Part shown: positions 1-10,278 of the stretch, piece by piece
Layout of the letters: every line of letters begins with the position of its first letter
Position numbering within the stretch: position 1 is the stretch's first letter
From: a virus
IMG/VR virus record: IMGVR_UViG_3300027797_000013
Coordinates: 57,643-121,642 of that record
Length of the DNA stretch: 64,000 bases
Reading direction: 5' to 3' (one strand)
Notes under the pieces: generated by a model
Database searches by the model: none
Told to the model about the DNA's origin: nothing
The model's input: only the letters and a program-made list of their open reading frames with translations
Translations under genes and position numbers: made by a program

Positions 1-1
1 T

Positions 2-700
2 AGACATTCAGCAGGTAAATTTACGCAAAATGTATTAACAGGTGCTGCGATAGCACTTCCAGCAATGGCTTTAGCTGCTCCTGTAGCTACAGCAATGGGA
101 TTAACCGGTGCGGCTGCAGCTGCTACTGCAGCAGGTTTGACTGGAGGTTCTGTATCTTTCTTAAAAGATTTAATAAATGGTCAAAAACCAGATAAGAAGA
201 GAATGGCTGTAACAGCACTTGCATCCGCTGCTGCAGCCGGATTGTTCCAGGTAGCTATGGATAAATATTCTTCATCACCAGAAGCACCTACAGGTACTTC
301 TCAATCGCCTGAAACATCTCAATCGCCTGAAACATCTCAATCGCCTGAAGTTCGTGATGCCTTGCCTGTATTAGATCAAGGAGACACGTTTGAAACAATG
401 CATGGTACGTCATATGATCCTGGCGCGACATTGGATCAAATGAAACAATCTTCTCACGATGTCCTATGGAGTAAAAAGATCATGGGTACTACCGGTGATG
501 GAACTGCAATACCATCGCCTGCTATACAAAATTACATAGATACATTAGCTAAAAGTAATCCTGATAAAGCTCAATATATTATTGATTACATTAAAAATAT
601 GTCAAAGATAGATATTGACAATACATTATCTTCTAGTGCAAGAAAAAGCGGTGCTGCTGTTAACGCTCTTAAGAGTATTGTTAAAAGCAAATTTGGTTAA
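2..700 (+). CDS. hypothetical protein, 5'-truncated by window edge (Ala/Gly-rich)
   Basis: Frame is open from base 2 through the listed ORF 65..700; contains TSQSPE x3. Confidence 0.7.
   Translation, partial: RHSAGKFTQNVLTGAAIALPAMALAAPVATAMGLTGAAAAATAAGLTGGSVSFLKDLINGQKPDKKRMAVTALASAAAAGLFQVAMDKYSSSPEAPTGTSQSPETSQSPETSQSPEVRDALPVLDQGDTFETMHGTSYDPGATLDQMKQSSHDVLWSKKIMGTTGDGTAIPSPAIQNYIDTLAKSNPDKAQYIIDYIKNMSKIDIDNTLSSSARKSGAAVNALKSIVKSKFG
296..349 (+). repeat. 18-bp tandem repeat x3 (ACWTCTCAATCGCCTGAA), encodes TSQSPE
   Basis: Directly visible. Confidence 0.9.
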
Positions 701-727
701 TCAATAACTTTATGAGCTATATAGTAC

Positions 728-1369
728 CTACTTTCGTAGGTACTTCCACGACACAGGAAACAACTCCTGTGTAATATTATCAATTTGCTCAGCTACTAAC
801 CTGGTTTCAAGCTGAGTATCTTTCTTGCATCGTAAGTTACAAACACGAGCAAAAGCAATTAACGAGCCTGACCAATACCACTCAGTAAAGATGTTCTGAG
901 GTAATACCATACGTGCTTGCTCAGCACATACACCAGCAGCTAATAGGTCTTTGTAGTAAGCTATACTAGCATTACATACAGCCTCTGCAGAGCTAGATAA
1001 GTCTTTAACATCAACAAACTGATCTTCATATGAGCCCTGCTTCTTATCCTCATTACGCTTACGCCAGCTATCAGGATAATAAATTTCAGGTACAGAGTCT
1101 ACATACCTCCTCGATACCTCATTCCATACTAGACCAACAGTATGCTTTACTAGCTGACGAGCAACAAAGATTGGAGCTTTAATATGAAAAGATAAAGCAG
1201 CATGACCAAAAGGAGTCCAGTGATTGTGTTCAGCTAAGAACTTAATAAGCCTTTCATCCCCAGCCTTTAACTTATCTCCTTCCCAGGTAGACTTCTTATC
1301 AAATGATACCCGAGCTGCATTTACTACAGATAAGTCAGTACCCATCTTATCAATTAATTCTACAATCAT
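728..1369 (-). CDS. thyX: FAD-dependent thymidylate synthase
   Basis: VNAARVSF, HWTPFGH, FVARQLVKH, NEVSRRY, EQARMVLP motifs. Confidence 0.95.
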   Translation of the reverse strand: MIVELIDKMGTDLSVVNAARVSFDKKSTWEGDKLKAGDERLIKFLAEHNHWTPFGHAALSFHIKAPIFVARQLVKHTVGLVWNEVSRRYVDSVPEIYYPDSWRKRNEDKKQGSYEDQFVDVKDLSSSAEAVCNASIAYYKDLLAAGVCAEQARMVLPQNIFTEWYWSGSLIAFARVCNLRCKKDTQLETRLVAEQIDNITQELFPVSWKYLRK

Positions 1370-1402
1370 ACTCTATGATAGAGTCATTACTGTCTTAATC
1401 AA

Positions 1403-2347
1403 CTATAACAATCTAGCTGTACCGTCTTTCTCTGCTTGTAGAAATGAATCATACGCATGATTTATACCCTCTTCTAGATCTATACTATAGCTCCAACCTA
1501 ACTCTTTTAACTTAGATACATCTAATAGCTTACGAGGAGTACCATCAGGCTTACTAGGGTCAGTAAGTATATTACCTTTAAAGCCAACAGTCTTAGCTAC
1601 TAAGTGAGCTAATTCTAAAATGCTAATATCAGTTCCGGTACCTACATTAACCCAATCAGGAGGATTATCTACCTTAAGGATATGGAAGCACGCTTGAGCT
1701 AAATCATCAACGTGAAGAAACTCTCGTCTCGGTGTACCAGTTCCCCATAGTGTAACATCACTATCTCCTCTTAGAGTAGCTTCATGAAACCTACGAATCA
1801 AAGCAGGTAGTACGTGTGAGTGTTCAGGGTGAAAGTTATCGCCTGGACCATATAGATTGGTAGGCATTACTGAGTGAAAGAGAACGCCATGCTGTCGTCT
1901 ATATGACTGACACATCTTCAATCCTGCTATCTTAGCTATAGCATACGACTCATTAGTAGGCTCAAGAGCAGAGGTTAGTAAGCAATCCTCTGTCATTGGT
2001 TGTGGAGCCTCTTTAGGATAAATGCACGAGCTGCCTAAGAACAATAACCTGTCCACTTTAGTTTTATAAGCTAAGTCAATTAAGTTATGCTGTATTATTA
2101 AGTTATCTGATATAAAGTCTGCAGGTAAGTCTCTATTAGCCACGATACCTCCTACCTTAGCTGCAGCAATTATGACAGCATCAAACCTATGTTCAAACAT
2201 AAAGTCTTCAACTTCATCCTGCATAGTTAAATCTAGTTCATATCTAGATGCAGTAACTACATTCGTCCAACCAGCAGCTGCAGCAGCTCTTAATAGAGCT
2301 GACCCAACCATTCCTTTATGTCCTGCGATAAAAAGCTTCTTATTCAT
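1403..2347 (-). CDS. fcl: GDP-L-fucose synthase
   Basis: [65 protein letters not shown]. Confidence 0.95.
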   Translation of the reverse strand: MNKKLFIAGHKGMVGSALLRAAAAAGWTNVVTASRYELDLTMQDEVEDFMFEHRFDAVIIAAAKVGGIVANRDLPADFISDNLIIQHNLIDLAYKTKVDRLLFLGSSCIYPKEAPQPMTEDCLLTSALEPTNESYAIAKIAGLKMCQSYRRQHGVLFHSVMPTNLYGPGDNFHPEHSHVLPALIRRFHEATLRGDSDVTLWGTGTPRREFLHVDDLAQACFHILKVDNPPDWVNVGTGTDISILELAHLVAKTVGFKGNILTDPSKPDGTPRKLLDVSKLKELGWSYSIDLEEGINHAYDSFLQAEKDGTARLL

Positions 2348-2356
2348 AATGTGTAT

Positions 2357-2959
2357 CTATATTTGATCCTCATGAATATAAACTCTACCACCTACTTTGC
2401 AAACAGATCTTATCTCTTCTTCGGTAAATTTACCAACAGTAGACATAAGGAATAGATCACCACCTATCTCCTCTGGAATGCCTTCTATTGAAACAAGTTC
2501 CGTACTATGACACGTAAAGTTATACTTTACCTTTCTTGGAGCTCCTATAAGATTCTTAAACGGATTATAGGAACAGCTAAAAGAATCGAGTATTTCAGTA
2601 GGGCTGTACTCTAGACTATCAAGCAAATTATTAGAACAAATAAAATTACCTCCCGCATATGAAGGACAATATTGTAATGAGGTTAATTTATTACCACCAC
2701 AGTTAAAGTGTTTATATACATAATCAGGTCCTCCTTCTAATGTTATAAGTTTATTTTCAGAACACTTAAAGGATCCCCCTCCATATGTATATTCTCTTCC
2801 GCCTTTTTGTACTGAAGAAGGAGAGTTAATAAGAGAGGTAAGTTTATTTTTAGAGCAATCAAATCTACCTCTTACTTCTACCCCTTTCATAAAGTCAGGT
2901 AGCTCAGTTATATAGGTGTTATGAAAACTAACATCACCTTCTATGTATCTATTAGACAT
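2357..2959 (-). CDS. leucine-rich repeat protein (22-aa FxCxxNxLxSLxGxP repeats), array member 1
   Basis: Shared N-cap RYIEG..ELPDF, repeats, C-cap FTEEEIRSVCKVGGRV. Confidence 0.85.
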   Translation of the reverse strand: MSNRYIEGDVSFHNTYITELPDFMKGVEVRGRFDCSKNKLTSLINSPSSVQKGGREYTYGGGSFKCSENKLITLEGGPDYVYKHFNCGGNKLTSLQYCPSYAGGNFICSNNLLDSLEYSPTEILDSFSCSYNPFKNLIGAPRKVKYNFTCHSTELVSIEGIPEEIGGDLFLMSTVGKFTEEEIRSVCKVGGRVYIHEDQI

Positions 2960-3575
2960 ATACTCTACCTCCTACCTTACAAACTGCTCTTACTTGTTCT
3001 TCTGTAAATATGACAGGGTCATAGCCAGGACGAGCTCGTTGATTACTGCATATAAAGTCATTTCTAACTTCCTTTGGAGCTTCTGTTAAATCACTAAGTA
3101 AATTATTCGAGCAGTTAAAACTTCCTCCAACCGTTTTTGGAGAGCCTCTAAGGGTTGTGAGATTGTTATACCCGCATAGATAATGACCATCTTTGTCTGA
3201 GAGATACCCCCATCCATCGGCGGATGGAGACGCTTCAATAATAGTAGGCCCGAAATCAAGATTTTTAAGCATATTGTACCTACAATCGAAATCCCCGATA
3301 ACTCTGGATGGTGAATGATTAAGTGAGGATATTTTATTGTATCGTATATCTACAGAACCGCCTATAATACTAGGTATACCTTCTAAAGAGATTAGCTTAT
3401 TATCCTTACAGCTAAATGAACCAGTCACTTCAGCAGGAGCATTCTTGAGAGTTCTAAGTTGGTTTTCACTAGCAAAGAACCCTCCTTTAACTATTAAGCC
3501 ATTAAGAAACTCAGGTAGCTCCGTAATATAGAAACCTGATATATCAACCATACGCTCAATATATCTCTTAGACAT
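2952..3575 (-). CDS. LRR protein, array member 2 (start revised to MSKRYIE)
   Basis: N-terminus aligns with paralogs at 3575; same caps and repeats. Confidence 0.85.
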   Translation of the reverse strand: MSKRYIERMVDISGFYITELPEFLNGLIVKGGFFASENQLRTLKNAPAEVTGSFSCKDNKLISLEGIPSIIGGSVDIRYNKISSLNHSPSRVIGDFDCRYNMLKNLDFGPTIIEASPSADGWGYLSDKDGHYLCGYNNLTTLRGSPKTVGGSFNCSNNLLSDLTEAPKEVRNDFICSNQRARPGYDPVIFTEEQVRAVCKVGGRVYV

Positions 3576-4545
3576 ATCTAAAGCCTTTCTGAAGATTGGA
3601 TAGATAGGATTCAACTAAGCTATAACCCTCTCCAGCAACCGTCACAATACGCTTCTTAATCTCTTCAAAGACTCTCTGCTGCATAGGTACAATCTTTTCA
3701 TTATAAATCGCCTCCCATTTAGGGTCATCAGTGAAATAATAATTACTCTCATATTCAGCCATACCTATGTTATCACCATCTCCGGTAACTTTATACCCTT
3801 TCTTTAACAAGCTTTTTACGAAAGCTATGGTAGGCTCTTGATATCTTTCAGCAGGAGCCTGGTTAGAATTACCTTTAATTTGTAAAATATCTTTCTTTTT
3901 TATCTCAAAAGTAACGTGAGGTCGGTTCTCTGCATCCCAGAGAGAAATAATGTCCTGGTTTGGAGTTTTAGGATCATAACTTCCAACACAGTGACCCATT
4001 TCATCTCCTTCACACTTATATGCTTTCTTAGAAAGTAACTTAACCCATGTCATCTCTCTACCACGGCCATCTTTAGTCTTATAGATAGGCTCATAATCGA
4101 CTCCTTCCTTAAACTTATTGGCAGGAGCTGATGCAGCTTGTCTTGATCTAGCAGTCATAGCTGCATCCCAAGAAGCAATCTTCTGTACAATAGTGCTATA
4201 TGGTTCTTTATTAATTTTTGCTAAATCAATATCTTCTAGAGTATTAAAATAGTCAATCATGTGATTAAGATACTCAATATCATCTGGCTCAAAGCCTGTA
4301 AAGTCAACAATACCTTCTCCAGACATCCACGAAGGCTCATCTTGAGTATATGTATGAGGACGAACTGGTTTCTTATCATCATCTTGGTTAGACTTAAACC
4401 ATTTAATAAACTGAGTACTAAACCACTGACGTATAGGTGCTTTATTAACCCCTTTAGCATCTAATACTTTATCAATAGAGAGCTGTAGAGGTTCAATCTG
4501 AGCTAAATTAGCCTCTTTAAGATAGAACTGAGTATAGGAAATCAT
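3568..4545 (-). CDS. PcfJ-like domain protein
   Basis: WVKL...EGDEMGHCVGSY...IISLWD..NRPHVTFE...QIKGNSNQAP pattern; TAAATA late promoter upstream. Confidence 0.75.
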   Translation of the reverse strand: MISYTQFYLKEANLAQIEPLQLSIDKVLDAKGVNKAPIRQWFSTQFIKWFKSNQDDDKKPVRPHTYTQDEPSWMSGEGIVDFTGFEPDDIEYLNHMIDYFNTLEDIDLAKINKEPYSTIVQKIASWDAAMTARSRQAASAPANKFKEGVDYEPIYKTKDGRGREMTWVKLLSKKAYKCEGDEMGHCVGSYDPKTPNQDIISLWDAENRPHVTFEIKKKDILQIKGNSNQAPAERYQEPTIAFVKSLLKKGYKVTGDGDNIGMAEYESNYYFTDDPKWEAIYNEKIVPMQQRVFEEIKKRIVTVAGEGYSLVESYLSNLQKGFRYV

Positions 4546-4608
4546 AATAATATTTAATTAAAACTAAAAAGTATACAGTGAATTCTATAGAAAAATACAT
4601 CTCATCCT

Positions 4609-5541
4609 CTATACTTCAACTCTACCTCCTACCTTACAAACAGCTCTTACCTCTTCTTCAGTAAAACTAACAGCGTTTTGGGAGCAGCAAAAATGACCTT
4701 CTACAACTCGAGGAGCTCCTTCAAGAGTGGTTAATTTATTAATAAAGCAGTTAAAATTACCTCCTACATATTCAGGAGCTCCAATTAAACTAGTAAGCTT
4801 ATTACTATAACAACTAAAATCACCTCCAACCCTTTTTGGACCACCTTCAAGAGTGGTTAAGTTACTCTGACTGCAACTAAAATCTCTTTCTATAATTTCC
4901 GGAGCTCCTTTTAAAGAAACTAAAGACTTACCTCCACAATGATATCTTCTAACTGTTTTAGGTCCTCCTTCGAGAGATTTTATATTATTACCCCAGCATA
5001 TAAAAGTGTCTCCTACTGTGTGTGGAGAGCCAGCAAGAGAGGTTAATTGGTTTTTTTGACATTGGAAGGATTCACCTACTTCACTAGGAGCTCCAGCTAA
5101 ACTAGTGAGCTGATTTTCAAAACATGCAAAGTGACCCCCAACACTTTCCGGAGAACCTTCAAGAGTTCTTATGCTACTATTATAACAATAAAAATTACCC
5201 CCCACTCTTAAGGGTGAACCTTTTAATGAAACTAAAGATTCACTTGAACAAATAAAATCACCTACTACTTCTTTTGGAGCTCCATCAAGAGTTCTTAGTC
5301 TATTAGTATGACAATAAAAACTACCTAATACTCGTTCAGGAGCTCCTTCAAGAGATTTTAATTTATTTTCAGAACAATCAAAACTTCCCTCAACTTCATA
5401 AGGTGCATTAACCAGATTGGATAAGTGGTTAACACTGCAAATGAAATCACCTTGTATCTTGACATCAGACAAGAAATCAGGGAGTTGCATTAAGTTTATT
5501 CCAGATAGTTTTACCTCACCTTCTATATACTTCTTAGGCAT
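4609..5541 (-). CDS. LRR protein, array member 3
   Basis: About 11 tandem 22-aa repeats with shared caps. Confidence 0.88.
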   Translation of the reverse strand: MPKKYIEGEVKLSGINLMQLPDFLSDVKIQGDFICSVNHLSNLVNAPYEVEGSFDCSENKLKSLEGAPERVLGSFYCHTNRLRTLDGAPKEVVGDFICSSESLVSLKGSPLRVGGNFYCYNSSIRTLEGSPESVGGHFACFENQLTSLAGAPSEVGESFQCQKNQLTSLAGSPHTVGDTFICWGNNIKSLEGGPKTVRRYHCGGKSLVSLKGAPEIIERDFSCSQSNLTTLEGGPKRVGGDFSCYSNKLTSLIGAPEYVGGNFNCFINKLTTLEGAPRVVEGHFCCSQNAVSFTEEEVRAVCKVGGRVEV

Positions 5542-5549
5542 AATGTTAT

Positions 5550-6212
5550 TTAGGTATATACCCTATCTCCAACCTGACACACCGCTCTTATTTCATCCCT
5601 AGTAAACGTTTTACCTTTGTTACCACTTATATCGAAGTTACCATTCACGACTTTAGGTATACCTTCGAGTGAAGTAATCCTATTCTGCGAGCAGTCAAAG
5701 TCACCATACACGAGACTAGGCGCTCCTAAGAGTGACTTAAGATTACTAAACTCGCAATAGAAACTACAATCATCATTAATATCATCGCCTATTTGTTTAG
5801 GTGCTCCTTCAAGTGTTTCAAGTTGATTATAACTACAAATATAATTGAGTCTTACGTCACTAGGGCCTCCTTTTAGTGTTTTGAGCATATTGTTACTACA
5901 ATCAAAATGACCTCCTACTCTTGTAGGTCCATTTTCAAGAGAAGTAATACTACAGGTATTACATAATAGACTACCTCTTATCTCCCCGGGTACACCTTTA
6001 AGTGAAGTAAGATATTTATTTTCGTAACAATATATGCTCATGTTCCTTATATGGTAAGGTACCCATTTAAATTTAGGCATACCATTAAGAGAAGTAAGAA
6101 GGTTATTACTACAATCAAACTCTCCTGCACACTCTACATCGGCTAAGAAATCAGGTATACTCTGCAAATATAACTTAGATATATCAACATTACCTTCTAT
6201 ATACTTTCTCAT
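5550..6212 (-). CDS. LRR protein, array member 4
   Basis: Shared caps and repeats. Confidence 0.88.
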   Translation of the reverse strand: MRKYIEGNVDISKLYLQSIPDFLADVECAGEFDCSNNLLTSLNGMPKFKWVPYHIRNMSIYCYENKYLTSLKGVPGEIRGSLLCNTCSITSLENGPTRVGGHFDCSNNMLKTLKGGPSDVRLNYICSYNQLETLEGAPKQIGDDINDDCSFYCEFSNLKSLLGAPSLVYGDFDCSQNRITSLEGIPKVVNGNFDISGNKGKTFTRDEIRAVCQVGDRVYT

Positions 6213-6222
6213 TATATTATAT

Positions 6223-6921
6223 TTAATCTAGATAAATTTGGCCTTTGATATTAGACACTGCTCTAATCTCTGCTTCAGTAAACACTCTTTCTTTTCCTTT
6301 TGAATAAAAAAAGTCACCACTTATAAATTTAGGTATACCTTCAAGTGACTCTAAATTATTGTTAAGACAGTTAAATGTTCCATTAGGTAAAGATTTAGGA
6401 GCTCCCTTAAGTGACTTAAGTTTATTGTGACTACAATCATACACACCTCCAACCTCAGTAGGTCCTCCTACAAGGTCAGAGAGTAGATTACCTCTACAGT
6501 AGAAATGTGTTCCTACCTCAGTAGGCGCTCCTTCAATAGTAGTGAGTATATTTTTATCGCAATTAAAAGAACCTTTTACATTGGTAGGGGCAAATTTAAG
6601 ATTACTAAGCAGATTGTGTTTGCAAACAAAATCTTTAAATATAGTAGTAGGAGCTCCTTCAAGAGTGGTAAGTTTATTGTCACTACAATAATAATGACCT
6701 TCTACTTCACTAGGCCCATCTACAAGCTTATCAAGTCTATTAGTACTGCAATCAAATTTACGTCTTACAATACTAGGTGCATTCTTAAGAGAGGTAAGGA
6801 GGTTTCGGAAACAAGCGAAATCGCCCTTAACCTCTATATCATCTAAGAAATCTGGTAGTTCTACTAGATATAAAAAACCTACAGAAACATTGTAATTACC
6901 TTCTATATACTTCCTGGGCAT
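6223..6921 (-). CDS. LRR protein, array member 5
   Basis: Shared caps and repeats. Confidence 0.88.
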   Translation of the reverse strand: MPRKYIEGNYNVSVGFLYLVELPDFLDDIEVKGDFACFRNLLTSLKNAPSIVRRKFDCSTNRLDKLVDGPSEVEGHYYCSDNKLTTLEGAPTTIFKDFVCKHNLLSNLKFAPTNVKGSFNCDKNILTTIEGAPTEVGTHFYCRGNLLSDLVGGPTEVGGVYDCSHNKLKSLKGAPKSLPNGTFNCLNNNLESLEGIPKFISGDFFYSKGKERVFTEAEIRAVSNIKGQIYLD

Positions 6922-6983
6922 TATATTATTTAATATAGAAATAAATTGCTGTACGAGAAGTTATTAATTCTACCAGTCAAAAT

Positions 6984-7625
6984 CTAGGATTCTCTCTTAT
7001 ATAACCTAACACTACCTTCTATCTCACTTAATGCTCTAACATCACGTTCGGTAATCGGTAGCTTTTCATCGACCAAACATACAAAATCACCTATTATGAG
7101 TTTAGGTATACCCTCTAAGGAAGTAAGCTTATTACCCGTACAATCAAAATTGCCCCCAACTCGGTCAGGAGCACCTATAAGATTAGATAATTTATTGAGA
7201 GAACAATCATAACTACCATCTACAACAAGAGGACCATTTAAAAGAGATTTAAGACCATTGCCACTGCAAACAAACATACCTCCTACAAAGGCAGGAGCAA
7301 AATCAAGAGTTTTAAGCTGATTGGTTCCACAATCAAACATACCTTCAGCACGTGTAGGAGCGCCTTTAAGGGACTCTAAGCCACAGTCATTGCACTCATA
7401 ATTAGTATCTACATAGGTAGGCCCTCCTTCAAGAGTTTTAAGTTGCTTATTAAAACTACAAGCAAACTCTCCTATTATAGAAGAGGGACAATTTTTAAGA
7501 GAAGTAAGTTGATTCTTATTACAATCAAAATAACCTCTAATCTCAACACCAGAAAGAAAGTCAGGTAATTCAGTTAGGTAGAGCTTACGTAAATTTAAAT
7601 CACCTTCTATATACTTCTTAGGCAT
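6984..7625 (-). CDS. LRR protein, array member 6
   Basis: Shared caps and repeats. Confidence 0.88.
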   Translation of the reverse strand: MPKKYIEGDLNLRKLYLTELPDFLSGVEIRGYFDCNKNQLTSLKNCPSSIIGEFACSFNKQLKTLEGGPTYVDTNYECNDCGLESLKGAPTRAEGMFDCGTNQLKTLDFAPAFVGGMFVCSGNGLKSLLNGPLVVDGSYDCSLNKLSNLIGAPDRVGGNFDCTGNKLTSLEGIPKLIIGDFVCLVDEKLPITERDVRALSEIEGSVRLYKRES

Positions 7626-7661
7626 TATAGTATTTAATATAGATATAACCAGAAGAGCCAG

Positions 7662-8564
7662 TTATAAAAAGAAATGAACCCCATCAATAACTTTAACTTT
7701 ACTGTCCGCTGTACTCTCAAATAACTCTACATTACCTTTAACCTCACACACTGCTCTAATTTGTTCTTCAGTAAATGGTATACCTCTATTAGATCTCATT
7801 GAAAAATTACCTTCTACATATTTAGGTATACCTTTAAGAGACATAATCTGATTTAAACCACACACAAAATCTCCACGTACAATAGTCGGAGCAAATTCTA
7901 AAGATTCCAACTGATTGTCCCTACAATTAAACAAGCCATTCACAGTAGTAGGAGCTCCCTTAAGAGAGGTGAGTTGATTAGATTGACAATAATATGAACC
8001 GTTTACTGTTGTGGGTCCATATTCTAAAGAATTGAGCTTATTATTGTAGCAACTAAATGGACCTCTAAGTATCTCGCCTACACTTGTAGGAGCTCCCTTA
8101 AGAGAGGTAAGCTCATTATCATCGCAATTGTAAGAATTTCCTACACTAGTAGGTCCGCCTTCAAGAGATTTAAGTTTATTACCGTTACAATTGAACGAGT
8201 GTCTTAGTGTTGATGGAGCACCTTTAAGATTAGATCTAATTCGATTGTAGCTACAATAAAATGATTGGGTTACTGTAGTAGGAGCAAATTCAAGACTCTC
8301 GAGATTATTAAACCTGCAGTCGAATATACCAAACTTACTATTAGGTCCACCTATTACTGTAGTAGCTCCTTCAAGAGATTTAAGTTTACTGTGTGTGCAA
8401 TTATATGTACCTCTTACTATGTTAGGAGATCCTATAAGATTAGATAGTTGGTTGAAAGAACAAATAAAGTCGCCTTTAACATCGAGACCATCCAAGAAGT
8501 CAGGTAGAGTTTTTAACCTTATATTCTGTAGTATTACATCTCCTTCTATATACTTACTGGGCAT
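7662..8564 (-). CDS. LRR protein, array member 7
   Basis: Shared caps and repeats. Confidence 0.88.
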   Translation of the reverse strand: MPSKYIEGDVILQNIRLKTLPDFLDGLDVKGDFICSFNQLSNLIGSPNIVRGTYNCTHSKLKSLEGATTVIGGPNSKFGIFDCRFNNLESLEFAPTTVTQSFYCSYNRIRSNLKGAPSTLRHSFNCNGNKLKSLEGGPTSVGNSYNCDDNELTSLKGAPTSVGEILRGPFSCYNNKLNSLEYGPTTVNGSYYCQSNQLTSLKGAPTTVNGLFNCRDNQLESLEFAPTIVRGDFVCGLNQIMSLKGIPKYVEGNFSMRSNRGIPFTEEQIRAVCEVKGNVELFESTADSKVKVIDGVHFFL

Positions 8565-8615
8565 TATATTATTTAATAGAGAATAAAAACTTAACTAGCT
8601 AATAGAAGTAACTTG

Positions 8616-9275
8616 CTATAATAAAACTTTCCCTTTAACATTACACACAGCTCTTATATCTTCTTCGGTAACATTTAGTGTAGAGTAACCCTCTTTATCA
8701 AGTTGTTCTTGACACACAAAATCACCTCCTACACTTTTAGGGCACCCTTCAAGAGATTCAAGACGGTTTTGCGAGCAATTAAACTCTCCTACAATATGAG
8801 TAGGAGCACCAACAAGAGAAGTGAGTTTATTAAATGTACAATAAAAATCACCTCCTACAGATGATGGAGCGTGTCTAAGATCAGGAAGCTGATTACCACA
8901 ACAAAAAAAGCCCGAACCTATAATACAATCTGCAGCTCCTTCTAAAGTAGTAAGTAGACTATCAGTACATAAAAACTTGCCTCGTATATCTATAGGAGCA
9001 CCGATGAGATTAGTAAGCCGACTAACAGAGCAATTAAAATTACCTTTTACAATAGTAGTGCTTATTTCTAGCTTAGTAAGACGATTAACAGCGCCATTAT
9101 AATTGCCGTCTATGATATGAGGTGAACCTTTAAGAGTAGTAAGCTTATTATTATGGCACCAAAAATGACCCTGAGTCCGACCATCTCTTATTTCTATCCC
9201 ATCCAAGAAGTCAGGAAGAATATGTAAGTGAAGAAACCCCATATCAACTCTACCTTCTATGTAATTCCTGGGCAT
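8616..9275 (-). CDS. LRR protein, array member 8
   Basis: Shared caps and repeats. Confidence 0.88.
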   Translation of the reverse strand: MPRNYIEGRVDMGFLHLHILPDFLDGIEIRDGRTQGHFWCHNNKLTTLKGSPHIIDGNYNGAVNRLTKLEISTTIVKGNFNCSVSRLTNLIGAPIDIRGKFLCTDSLLTTLEGAADCIIGSGFFCCGNQLPDLRHAPSSVGGDFYCTFNKLTSLVGAPTHIVGEFNCSQNRLESLEGCPKSVGGDFVCQEQLDKEGYSTLNVTEEDIRAVCNVKGKVLL

Positions 9276-9290
9276 TATAGTATTTAATAT
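9276..9290 (-). promoter_or_regulatory. T4-like late promoter TAAATA, 5-6 nt upstream of start codon (representative copy)
   Basis: The same TAA(A/G)TA-N5/6-ATG/GTG layout precedes starts at 4545, 5541, 6921, 7625, 8564, 9275, 16119, 18268, 18798, 19651, 21291, 23383, 41120, 42923, 45323, 46353, 48092, 48707, 51183, 51739, 54050, 59809, 62515. Confidence 0.8.
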
Positions 9291-9299
9291 AGATATAAA

Positions 9300-9650
9300 A
9301 TGTATATAAAAAGAAGAAAAATATAATGTTTTTAAAGAAAAATAATTAAATTAAAAAAATAAAGGGAGCTTGCTAATAGAAGTAGGTCAAGATAATAGGC
9401 TTGTCTTGCTAATAGACGCGTGTATGTGTATATAAGAGGAAATATAATGTAACTATATGTAAAGCATAAAAGAGTGTAGAGAGACCATGAGAGAACCAAA
9501 AGAACACATAAGAGAAGATATCGAGCATATAGAAGAGAGAAGGATATAAGGAGAAGGATGATAAGAGTGTATTGTGGAGTATGGAGTAGTTCGTATTTAT
9601 AGCAAAGAGATAAAATATACGAAATAGAGAAATACAAGAGAAATATATTA
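9300..9650. other. non-coding purine-rich (A/G) tract between divergent gene blocks
   Basis: Strong A/G skew on + strand, very few C; no credible ORF. Confidence 0.7.
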
Positions 9651-9676
9651 AATAACGAACTACGATAAAATAAAAT

Positions 9677-9970
9677 ATGAGCTTAGATAAAGCAATTGAA
9701 TTTGGAAAGGAGAAAAGAAAGCAATATAGAAAGAGCAAAGCTTTCGATCGCACTTGCCGCAATCACGGATCCTGTCCCTGGTGCGAAGGAAATAGAACAT
9801 ATCAAGCTCGCAAAGAGCATAAGAGAATTCAGAGTTCAGAGAAAGAAGAAGAGTATGAAGAGATTACAGAACCTAAAAAGTCTAGAAATTACGAGATTCC
9901 CCCATTATGGAAATTATTGAGACCTGAAGAGTCTGATGGCTCCGAGTATGGACCTTTTCAGACATACTAG
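9677..9970 (+). CDS. hypothetical basic protein with C/H cluster (CRNHGSCPWC)
   Basis: ORF directly behind a promoter motif copy. Confidence 0.75.
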   Translation: MSLDKAIEFGKEKRKQYRKSKAFDRTCRNHGSCPWCEGNRTYQARKEHKRIQSSEKEEEYEEITEPKKSRNYEIPPLWKLLRPEESDGSEYGPFQTY

Positions 9971-10005
9971 AAACCTGGAAAATTTCCATACACAGACAGT
10001 CTCGA

Positions 10006-10094
10006 AATTACTAGAATGGAGTCAACCTGAAAATTATCAGACCCGCGTCATTATGGTAATTACTAGAATGGAGTCAACCTGAAAATTATCAGAC
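10006..10094 (+). repeat. 37-bp perfect direct repeat x2 (AATTACTAGAATGGAGTCAACCTGAAAATTATCAGAC)
   Basis: Copies at 10006-10042 and 10058-10094. Confidence 0.9.
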
Positions 10095-10149
10095 AGAAGG
10101 TAATAACGAACTCCGATATAATGATGGAGTAGAGAGTAACAAATAATTT

Positions 10150-10224
10150 AGCAGAGTGGAGCAGTGGTAGCTCGTTAGGCTCATAACCTAAAGGTCGTTG
10201 GTTCGAACCCAACCTCTGCAACCA
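10150..10224 (+). tRNA. tRNA-Met(CAT), initiator-like
   Basis: Cloverleaf, loop CTCATAA, 1:72 mismatch, A11:T24, encoded CCA. Confidence 0.9.
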
Positions 10225-10278
10225 ATCTTTTAACGAACTCCGATATAATAAGTTGTCGGCAATAACCTTATCTTCTAT

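Noticed and set aside
2357-9275. Diversity-generating retroelement acting on the LRR genes
   Set aside because: No reverse transcriptase in the window and no near-identical TR/VR pair differing only at adenines was seen.
9332-9762. Hydrophobic minus-strand ORFs 9332..9637 and 9409..9762
   Set aside because: Artefacts of the purine-rich tract (L/F/S/Y-biased); no promoter motif; one overlaps a real gene.
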